A stretch of DNA of 32,000 nt from Candidatus Saccharimonadota bacterium. GTDB lineage: Bacteria; Patescibacteriota; Gracilibacteria; BD1-5; UBA6164. Shown in pieces: positions 21,348 through 30,117 of this stretch. The notes beneath the pieces were generated by a model. The model did no database searches. It was not told the DNA's origin and saw nothing but the letters and a program-made list of their open reading frames with translations. The number at the start of each line of letters is the position of its first letter. The first letter of the stretch is position 1. The translations under genes were made by a program, and so were the position numbers. The stretch spans positions 270,001 through 302,000 of the forward strand of contig OY782392.1 in assembly GCA_963677765.1 (NCBI GenBank), read 5' to 3'.

Positions 21348-21350
21348 AAT

Positions 21351-22154
21351 ATGTTAGAAATATTACAATATAGTTTCTTTCAAAATGCTATAATATGATG
21401 AATACTAATTTCATTAATTGCTAGTATACTATGAACTTTCATAGTTATGAGAAAAGAAGCAAACATAACACATTCAATAGCAAATTTTTTATTTTTGGGT
21501 ATAGCAATATCATTATTGCTATCAGCTAATTATTATTTGTTAGCATTTATATTTGCAATTATAGCTAGTTTAATAATTTTTTTCATTGAAAAAACTAACT
21601 TTATATCAAAAGAATCTACAAAAGAAATAATATCTCAAGCATGAATAGCATGATGAATATTTACTACTTGATTTATATGAAACTTAAGCCTAGATATAAA
21701 TAACTTCTTATTTTGATCTATTTTGTTTATAAATAAAACTGATATAGTATTTTTAATAATATTTACAATTATTTGTTATATATTATTTTTTATATTTAAA
21801 GAAAAGTTTTTAAGCATAATAATAAACGAAGATATAGCTAAGTCTAAATGAATAAAAGTAGATTTATATAACTTATTATTTTTAATATTTTTATCATTAT
21901 TTATATCAATAAGTATAAAAATATTTTGAATATTATTAATTGGAGCATTCTTAATAATACCAGCAAATACTGCAAAACTAATATCTCCTAATTTAAAATA
22001 TGTATTTATAATCTCTATAATTATTTCTTTAATATCAGTTATAATTTGATTATATAGTTCATATTTATTAGAAACTTCTTCTTGAGCAACTATAGTATTA
22101 ATTTTATTACTATTTTTTATAACTTCTCTAATAATAAAAAACACTAGAAATTAA
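21351..22154 (+). CDS. znuB: Zinc ABC transporter permease (ABC-3 family)
   Basis: 267-aa polytopic protein with LIGAFLIIPANTAKL. Begins 3 nt after znuC. Confidence 0.88.
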
Positions 22155-22170
22155 ATTCTAGTGTTTTTTA
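22137..22170. terminator. Bidirectional terminator between znuB and a convergent secreted-protein gene
   Basis: aaaa-acactagaa-attaaa-ttctagtgt-ttttta. The znuB stop is in the loop. Confidence 0.75.
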
Positions 22171-23076
22171 TTATTTAAGTAATGCATCTATAATATCATA
22201 AGCTCTAATACTTTGTATTTGATTTTTAACTGCTGAATTTAAACTATTCAATAATTGTGTAGTTTCAGTTAATGCTTGATATTTATCAAGATTTTTTTCA
22301 AAATCTGATTCTTTATTTATAGAGTTTAATAATGTTTCCATAGTATCATTATTTTTTTCTATAGATGATTTTATTCTAGAGTCAGCTTTGTTTAATATTT
22401 TTTTATATTGTTCTCTTGATAATTTATCTCAAAATTCTAATAAATAATCTTCCAATTTTGAAGTATTATAATAACCATAATATCTGTCAGGATTATTTTT
22501 TGATAACAAGTTAGATAAAGTTCATCTTTTATTATTTATATCAATATATACTGGATTAGATAAAACCATTTTTGTAGCATCTTTCATATCAGCCATTAAA
22601 GTAATTGAAACTCATACATAATCATCATCTCAAAAATTTTTAACTAAATCTTTATTTTGAAATAAATATTCATCTTTAGATTCTGTAAAATCTACAATTT
22701 TATAATTATAAACATCTTTTACTTCACTAGAACCTCACTTTCAAGAAAGCATAGAATCTTCCATATAAAAAATTCTAGATCATTCTTCAACTAAAAAATA
22801 AATTTTATTTGATTCATTTTTTATATCCTCTGGAATAACTATATTCTCTGCCTTAATTTTTGAAGTATAATAATTTATATTATTATATTCATAATCAGAT
22901 TCAATTTTATTATTTCTAATAATTAATTTATTTTCATCTGATAAATCAGTTTTTTCAACACTTGTAGTAATATCATTACTTATAGGCATAATTTCCATAT
23001 AATCAGCTCATGCAAAAGATATTGAAGGGACAACTATCAAAGCAGAAGCTAAACTAGTAAGTATTATTTTTTTCAT
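22171..23076 (-). CDS. Orphan secreted protein (301 aa)
   Basis: Signal peptide MKKIILTSLASALIVVPSISFA|GA. 302 codons are open with TGA=Gly. The C-terminal third looks helical. No recognised family. Confidence 0.7.
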
Positions 23077-23132
23077 AATAAAAAAATTAATAAATTAAAA
23101 TACACTATTTAAAACGATATTATATTAAAAAA

Positions 23133-23175
23133 GTGACATAATTTAATTGACATATATAATTAATTATTTTATAAT
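23133..23175 (+). promoter_or_regulatory. Tandem consensus promoters of mini-gene B
   Basis: P1: GTGACA (23133-38), 16-nt spacer, TATAAT (23155-60). P2: TTGACA (23147-52), 17-nt spacer, TATAAT (23170-75). TGACATA is directly repeated 14 nt apart. Confidence 0.6.
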
Positions 23176-23203
23176 AATAAAAGCTAGTATTATAACAAAT
23201 GAT

Positions 23204-23209
23204 AGGAGG
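23204..23209 (+). promoter_or_regulatory. Shine-Dalgarno AGGAGG for mini-gene B
   Basis: AGGAGG followed by a 6-nt spacer to ATG 23216. Confidence 0.65.
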
Positions 23210-23215
23210 TGTAAT

Positions 23216-23416
23216 ATGAGCTGGGAAAAAATGGTACATAAACCTAATGGTAAATATGTAAAATTAAAGGTTGGTTTTGGTAATAAAATCTACTTGGATG
23301 GCTCTGAAACTGGCTATAAAGTTGGAGGAGACAACAAAATTTATACAACTGCCGGGACTTATGTATCAAACGATAATGTAGAAAATTTTTGTAGGTCACA
23401 AGGGCTTATAAAGTAA
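23216..23416 (+). CDS. Mini-gene B: uncharacterised 66-aa Gly/Lys/Tyr-repeat protein, SD-led and TGA-free
   Basis: MSWEKMVHKPNGKYVKLKVGFGNKIYLDGSETGYKVGGDNKIYTTAGTYVSNDNVENFCRSQGLIK. All 9 Gly are GGN, including GGC and GGG. Trp is TGG. The ORF-track start at 23147 is the TTG of the -35 box. Confidence 0.7.
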   Translation: MSWEKMVHKPNGKYVKLKVGFGNKIYLDGSETGYKVGGDNKIYTTAGTYVSNDNVENFCRSQGLIK

Positions 23417-23427
23417 TTTTCTACAAA

Positions 23428-23460
23428 CAAAAAAAACTCAAGATTTACTTGAGTTTTTTA
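23428..23460. terminator. Bidirectional terminator shared by mini-gene B and convergent copA
   Basis: aaaaaaaa-ctcaag-attta-cttgag-tttttta. The copA stop (23460-23458) is in the T-tract. Confidence 0.75.
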
Positions 23461-25593
23461 TTTAAAGTTTTTAAGTCTAAGACTATTAGCTAATACACTA
23501 ACACTACTCATAGCCATAGCAAAACTTGCGAATATAGGATTAAGTAATCAAAATGCAGCTAAAGGAATACATACAGAGTTATATAAAAATGCCCAAAATA
23601 AGTTCTGCTTAATAGTTAACAAAGTTTTTTTAGATAAAATTATAGAACTATAAACCTTATCTAAATCTCATTTAACTAATACTATATCACTTGACTCAAT
23701 TGCTACATCACTTCAAGTTCACATTGCAATTGATAAATCTGCTTGAACCAATGCTGGAGCATCATTTATTCAATCTCAAACAAAAGCTACTTTTCTATTG
23801 TTTTTTTGATATTCTTTTATATAAAATAATTTATCTTCTGGCATTACCTCCGATATAACTGTATCAATTCATATAGATTTAGCTATGTAGTTAGCAGTAT
23901 TTTTTGTATCCCCTGTCAACATAACTGTTTTTATTCAATTTGAATGAAGACTATTTATAGTTTTTTCAACTCATGCTTTAGCTAAATCCAATAATGCTAA
24001 TATTCAATATATTTCTTGATTAGTTCCGATTATTATTGGAGTTTTTCATTCTAAAGTTAATTTATCAATAAATTTTTCAACCTTAAAATCCAAACTTGGA
24101 AATAATTTTCTATTTCATAATAATATAGTTGTTCATTGATATTCAGCTTTTATTCATTTTCATTTTATTTCTTCAAAATTATTTAAATCGAATTTAGAAA
24201 TATTACTAGCATATGAAGAAATCGATTTAGATAATGGATGGTGAGATAAATCAGATAATGAAACTCAATACTTTAATATTTCATCCTTTGTTTTAGATAC
24301 TTCAATTATATCTGTAAGCTCTGGTTTTCAATTGGTAAGTGTCCCCGTTTTATCAAAAAATATAACATCAACTTTTGAAGTTTTTTCTAAAGTAGCCGCA
24401 TTTTTTATTAGTATTCATGACTTTGCTCATCTTCAAGTTCATACCATTATTGCTGCTGGAGTTGCAAGTCATAAAGCACAAGGACAAGCGATAACCAAAG
24501 TAGCGACAGCAGGAACAATAGAGGTTTCAATACTTCATGTTATATAATACCATGAAATAAATGTAACTATGGATATTAATATAATAATAGGAACAAATAT
24601 TCATGATACTTTATCAGCAACTTTTTCAATTGGAGCCTTAGAGCTTTGAGCTTCTTCTACCATTTTTATAATATTTGAAAGAGTTGAGTTTTCATTTGTT
24701 TCAGTTACCTTTATATTCAAGCTTCAATCATTATTTATAGTTGCTCAAAAACATTTATCTCAGATTTCTTTATAAACAGGAATACTTTCTCAAGTTAACA
24801 TTGATTCATCAACATTAGCAGATCATTTTATAACTTCACCATCTAAAGCAATCTTTTCTCATGATCTAACTACCAAAATATCTCATACTTTTATATCATC
24901 TATATCCTTTTCAACTATACTTCAATTTATATCTATATATGCTTTTTTAGTTCAAAGTTGTAATAGTTTTGATATAGAATCTCATGCTTTAGATTTTGCT
25001 TTATGCTCTAAATATTTTCATAAATTAATAAGAGTTATAATGGCAACAGCAGCTTCAAAATAGACATGTTTATCATAAAACATAGCAACTGATGAATATG
25101 AAAAGGCACTAAATGTTCATAAAGAAACTAAACTATCCATATTAAAATGAAATTTTAATAAAGAAGAAAAAGCACTTTTATGAAAATGAAATCAAAATCA
25201 AAAAACTACAATAAAAGAAAGTATAAAATATATATACATTAATATATCTACACCCAAAAACTCTATTCATATCATAAAGTTTCAAAACATCATTGAGAAT
25301 ACAGGAATAGAAAACAATGCCGAAAATAAAAATCTATTAAATATTTTTTTATTTTGAGACTCTTTATTTTTATCACTTATTTCGATATTTTCTTCTATAG
25401 AAAATCAATTTGATTCTATTATTTTTTTTATATCAGAAAAAGATATTTCTGATTGCGAATACTCAATACTAGCAGTATTAGTTGCTAAATTTATTTTTAC
25501 TTGGTTTATTCAATTAGTATTTAACAAACTTTTTTCATTTAAAACAACACAGCTAGCACAAGTCATTCATTTTATTATAAATTTTTTATGCAT
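23458..25593 (-). CDS. copA: Copper-translocating P1B-type ATPase
   Basis: N-terminal HMA domain KGMTCASC, TM6 CPC (VIACPCALGLATP), DKTGTLT, and GDGINDAP (both Gly are TGA, rc of 23776-78 and 23770-72). Also MLTGD. 711 aa. Confidence 0.95.
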
Positions 25594-25598
25594 ATTAA

Positions 25599-26942
25599 TT
25601 ATTTAATTATAATTTGTCACTGTGTCATTCACATACTAGCACAAACCATACTATATTTTCATGGTTTAGCATCATATATTTCATAAACTATAGGCTCTCA
25701 TGCTTTTACTTGATGTATTTCTGTAGAAATTCAAGGTAAAACCAAAGTAGACATACATCAAAGACCATTTGATGTAGGCATTATAGTTATTTTATAGTTT
25801 CATCATGCTTCTAGTTCAACTATTGCTGGACTTGTTTGATATCAGTTATGCTTAACAAAAACTTCTTCTAAGCTAACATTTTCTTTTTTATCTCATGATG
25901 CATTTAATAAATCTTGTACTTCTGAAGAGCTATTAGTACTAGAGTTAAAAGGATTAAAATCAATAAATTTTATTAAATTATAAGAATTAATTAATGTGAA
26001 AATTCAGAAAAATACTACTATAGATCAAAGTATTTTTGTAAGTATGGTAAATTTTTTTCATTTAAAATAACTAGATCAAAGTCAAAGTGCCAAAAATACT
26101 GGAGTTGTTCATAATGCAAAAAGGAACATAACTAATCATCCTTGCCAAAAACTTCAACTTGATATAGCTAATAGTTGCATAGTTTGAGTAAATCAACAAG
26201 GTAAGAAAAATGTTAAAGCTCAAACTATAGGTGCAAATTTTGGATGTCAAAAAGATTCTATTTTCTCAGTAAATCATTTAGGCATATGAATTCAATACTT
26301 TGTTATACTTGGAACAATTCCCAAGATATTTAATCACATATAAAAAAGTAAAAAACCTACTAAAAATGTTATAATAGAATTTATAGTAAAGTTTATACTA
26401 AAAAATGAACCAAAATATCATAAAATTCAACCAAAAATAAAAAAACCTAATAGTCTTCATATTTGAAATGAAGTTTGAACTTTTAAATGACCTAAAAATC
26501 AATGTCATTTATCTAAATATCTAGAAAAACCTACTATTATTCATCAAGTTATAGCCAAACATGTAGAAACAGAAGCTATAAGTCATATAATAATTGCACT
26601 AAAATAATTTATACTAGAAGTATCAGGAATAATACTATATATATCAAATAATTTTGAAGATATTAAAAGAATAATAACAAATAAAAATGCTATTATATTT
26701 CATAATATATTATCCAATGAAACTTCTTGTTTTTTGTCAGTTTCTAATACACTAAAATTATTTTTTTCTATAATTTTTACTAATTCTTTATATTTAGATT
26801 CATCTAAGTACTCTACTTCCATAATCCCCTTCTTATAACTTAGCATAAGAAGTTTTACTCATTCTAAATTTTTTATTTCTCTATCTAAAATAGTTTCACA
26901 ACTTATACAATGCATTCATTTAATCTGTATCTTTTTTTTCAT
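25599..26942 (-). CDS. HMA domain / DsbD_2 (UreH-TauE-like) membrane domain / C-terminal cupredoxin-like domain fusion protein
   Basis: IKGMHCISCETILDREI (HMA). Polytopic core with STCLAITGG and FFLPCGFTQTMQLLAISSGS. C-terminus YKITIMPTSNGLGCMSTLVLPGI...AKPGKYSMVCASMGMTQG. Its stop lies 5 nt before the copA ATG. Confidence 0.82.
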
Positions 26943-26985
26943 TTATTTTTTATTAAAAACTAAGAATTATTAAAATTAAATAATT

Positions 26986-27387
26986 TTAAGTATTAGATTT
27001 AATGATTCAGATCAAAGATATATAGTTATATTCAATATTTTTTTCTTCTAAAAATTTACCTGGAGGAGATATATTTGATAAAAAATTATTTTTTTCTATT
27101 TTTTTTGAAATATTATCCAAATCTATAAAACTAATAATAAATTTTTTATATTTTTTTTCTTGATTTAAACTATTAGGTGATACTATTAAGAATTCGTTAT
27201 CACAACAAATTTTTACAAAATCTTTGGCAAATTTTTTATCACAAAAATGATCTAAATTATTTCATAAATCAGTTGAATAAGTTAAATTATATTTTTCTTC
27301 ATCATTAAAAGATGCCATAACTTGGTTATGACAAAAATTAATAAAAAAAATAGCAAGAAATAAAAATAATGAAATAATTTTTTTCAA
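26986..27387 (-). CDS. Small secreted Cys/His-containing protein (133 aa)
   Basis: A TTG start gives the signal peptide MKKIISLFLFLAIFFINFCHNQVMA|SF. No in-frame ATG exists before the stop-bounded 5' limit. Contains HFCD and ICCD. No recognised family. Confidence 0.55.
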
Positions 27388-27451
27388 AATATATTATTAA
27401 TATTTAAATTCAAAATAATATTATATAGTAATCATAAAAAATCAATAATTT

Positions 27452-28657
27452 TTACTTTCTAATTCATAACTTAGAACTAAATCATTTTCATATAAGATCC
27501 ATTCAAAAACAAATTTTATGACTATTATATTTTTTGTTTATAGAGTTAACCAATGTATATAGTCAATTATTCATATTATTTTCGTTTTTATAGTTTTCAA
27601 ATAATTGTATTTGATGAAAACTATTATTTTTTAAATCAGAAAATATTAATCAAGTACTTCTATATAAATTAGAACTATTATATGAAAAGTAAAAAAGTTG
27701 TTTTACTATCTCCAATAAAATTCTTCTATCACTTGTATGATAAGATAATTTCTTTTCAAAAAAATAAGTTTTTTTATCCAAATATCTATAAAATAAAATA
27801 ACTTTTTTTGTTTCATACTCTTTTATGATAAATTCTTCAAATAAATAGTTAAAATTTATAATAAGCTGTTTATATAAGAAGTCTTTATTATTTGTAATAT
27901 TTTTATTGAAACTTCTTCATCTACTAATTGATTTTGAAATCTTATTTTTTTTAACTACATAAGAATTAACTCAATTTAATTCTAACCATAAATCACAATA
28001 TGTTTTTCATAGATTATTTTTTATGTACCAAAAACCTAAAGATAAAAAATCATATATATTATCACACTTAAATTTTAATTTTTGAACACTTGCTTTTCAT
28101 ATAAATGGTACTTTAGATAAAGATAAGCTTTTATACAAATCATTATTAGTATCTATTTCTATAAAAATTCAATTAGGCTTATTTATTTCAGAAAAAATCT
28201 TAGATTTTATTCTAGTATTACTTACTCAAATACTAACAGGAATTCAAATATATTTTTTGATATCTTGTTGTAGTTTTTTAATATATTTATACAAACTAAG
28301 ATTATTTAATTCAGCTATTCAAGTTATTTCACAAAAAGCTTCATCTATAGAAAATTGTTCAACAGAAATAAGATTTTCCTCTAAATATGTCATTAATCTA
28401 GAAGATACTATACTATAATAATCATGATCAATATCTAAAAAAATAGCTCAAGATTTTAAAATTTCTTTTGCTTGCCAGACAGGTGTTCAGGTTTTAATAC
28501 CCAATGCTTTAGTTTTATAATTACACGCTAAAACTATTTCTTTTCAAACCAAAACATATTTATTTTTCAAACTAGGATTTCTTAATATCTCACACTCTGC
28601 AAAAAAACTATCACAATCTATATGAGCAAACAATTTATTTGATTTTTTAAACTTCAT
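27452..28657 (-). CDS. dinB: Y-family DNA polymerase IV
   Basis: FAHIDCDSFFAECEILRNPSLKNK, FSIDEAFCEITG, VSIGVSNTRIKSKIFSEINKPNG and SKVPFIGKASVQKL. 401 aa. Confidence 0.9.
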
Positions 28658-28713
28658 AATATTATATATACAATATATATACTATATTATATATTTTTTA
28701 AAAACAAATACAA

Positions 28714-28741
28714 TAAAAAAAGACTATAATAGTCTTTTTTT
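28714..28741 (-). terminator. Intrinsic terminator downstream of the 89-aa membrane-protein gene
   Basis: aaaaaaa-agactat-aa-tagtct-tttttt palindrome. Confidence 0.65.
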
Positions 28742-29009
28742 ATATTTTGAAACCAAAAAATGTTTTCTTTTTTGTTTTAACATAAACATAATCCCACCAA
28801 TGCTCTGCTAATATATAACCACAAACTACAATATATACAGATAAAATAATTCTTTCTATATTTAAGTCTTGATTAAAATATGATAACACAAGATATGGAA
28901 AAACAGTAACCATGTATAATAAACAAATTACACATAAAAAATAAATAGCTTTTTTCAAATATAACATTTTTAAAAATTTAATTATAAAATATATAAATAA
29001 TTTTATCAT
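28740..29009 (-). CDS. Small membrane protein (89 aa), uncharacterised
   Basis: Standard-code ORF with a TAA stop. Contains 2-3 hydrophobic helices and a WW pair encoded by TGG TGG. Divergent from mini-gene C. Start choice is uncertain. Confidence 0.5.
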   Translation of the reverse strand: MIKLFIYFIIKFLKMLYLKKAIYFLCVICLLYMVTVFPYLVLSYFNQDLNIERIILSVYIVVCGYILAEHWWDYVYVKTKKKTFFGFKI

Positions 29010-29048
29010 ATAAAAAAATCAAAAGCAAAAAACAAAAAAAATAGAATA

Positions 29049-29075
29049 TTGACATTTGTGTTTTTTTATTATAAT
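29049..29075 (+). promoter_or_regulatory. Promoter of mini-gene C
   Basis: TTGACA (29049-54), 15-nt spacer, TATAAT (29070-75). Confidence 0.5.
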
Positions 29076-29079
29076 AAAA

Positions 29080-29102
29080 ATCTCTAAATTTAAATAAGAG
29101 AT
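29080..29102 (+). promoter_or_regulatory. Leader hairpin/dyad immediately upstream of the SD of mini-gene C
   Basis: ATCTCT (29080-85) and AGAGAT (29097-29102) flank the 11-nt loop aaatttaaata. Confidence 0.35.
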
Positions 29103-29105
29103 GAA

Positions 29106-29111
29106 AGGAGG
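29106..29111 (+). promoter_or_regulatory. Shine-Dalgarno AGGAGG for mini-gene C
   Basis: AGGAGG followed by a 4-nt spacer to ATG 29116. An in-frame ATG at 29101 has no SD. Confidence 0.55.
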
Positions 29112-29115
29112 ATTT

Positions 29116-29265
29116 ATGACAATATTATTATTGTTAAAAAAAATATTTGTTACAATAGCTTTTATGATTGCTTTTCTGAGTATAGGCATAGTCAGTGATG
29201 ACCAATATCAAAATGCTGTTATAACACCGGGTGATCAAATGATAATTGATTTTTTCAAGAAATAA
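29116..29265 (+). CDS. Mini-gene C: 49-aa single-pass membrane/secreted peptide, SD-led and TGA-free
   Basis: MTILLLLKKIFVTIAFMIAFLSIGIVSDDQYQNAVITPGDQMIIDFFKK. Uses GC-rich codons that are rare elsewhere (CTG, GGC, GTC, CCG). Has its own promoter and a strong terminator. Not in the ORF track because it is under 60 aa. Confidence 0.5.
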   Translation: MTILLLLKKIFVTIAFMIAFLSIGIVSDDQYQNAVITPGDQMIIDFFKK

Positions 29266-29277
29266 AATCACCTATAA

Positions 29278-29320
29278 ACTCAGTTATTATTAATTAATAT
29301 AATAATTGAGTTTTTGTTTT
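29278..29320 (+). terminator. Strong intrinsic terminator after mini-gene C
   Basis: 13-bp stem (29278-29290 pairs with 29299-29311, one G-U), 8-nt loop taattaat, then tttttgtttt. Confidence 0.75.
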
Positions 29321-29373
29321 GTATTAAAATAAAAAAATATTAAAATATAAAAAATATTTATATAAAATTAAAA

Positions 29374-30117
29374 ATGATATCAAAAGAAAAACAAAAATTT
29401 ATAAGAAGCTTACATAAAAAATCAAACAGAATAGATTTATGATTATTTTTAGTAGAGTGAGAAAAATCTATAAAAGAACTAATAAACTCTAATATAGAAA
29501 TAAAAAATCTATATATAAGTGAAAAATTTGAAGAAAAAAACAAAGATATATTAATAAATATAGAATATAATATATCAGATGAAAAAACTATAGAAAAATT
29601 ATCCACTATAAAATCAAATAATTCAGGTATAGCAATTGCTATAACACCAAAAAATAAAGAACTAAAAATACAAAAAGATGCTATAACTATAATACTAGAT
29701 ACAATAAATGACCCAGGAAACTTAGGTACAATAATAAGAATATGTGATTGGTACTGAATAAAAAATATAATTGCAAGTAAACAAACTGTTGAGTTCACAA
29801 ATCCCAAAGTAATATCTTCAACTATGTGATCAATATCTAGAGTTAATATAACATATACTGATTTGGAAAATTATTTATCAAATAAAAATGATGATTTAGA
29901 TATATATTGAGCATTTTTAGAATGAGAAAATATACACAAAATAAAAAATGAAAAAAATATATGAAAATATCTTATAATATGAAATGAATCAAATTGAATA
30001 AGTAAAGAAATAGAAAAATTTGTTACTAAAAAAATAACTATTCCCTCTTTTGGATGAGCTGAAAGTTTAAATGCATGAGTAGCTTGTTGAATTATTATAG
30101 ATAATCTAAAAAGATAA
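29374..30117 (+). CDS. SpoU/TrmH-family RNA 2'-O-methyltransferase (RlmB-like)
   Basis: ILDTINDPGNLGTIIRICDWYG, IIGNESNGIS and GGAESLNAGVACGIII. 247 aa. Confidence 0.88.

Noticed and set aside
23147-23215. N-terminal extension of the 23147-23416 ORF (89 aa, as in the track).
   Set aside because: The TTG at 23147 is the first triplet of the TTGACA -35 hexamer. The extension covers both -10 boxes and the AGGAGG, so ATG 23216 is the credible start.
29358-29807. 149-aa minus-strand ORF.
   Set aside because: It is antisense to the SpoU/TrmH methyltransferase gene (29374-30117), which has all three family motifs once TGA is read as Gly.
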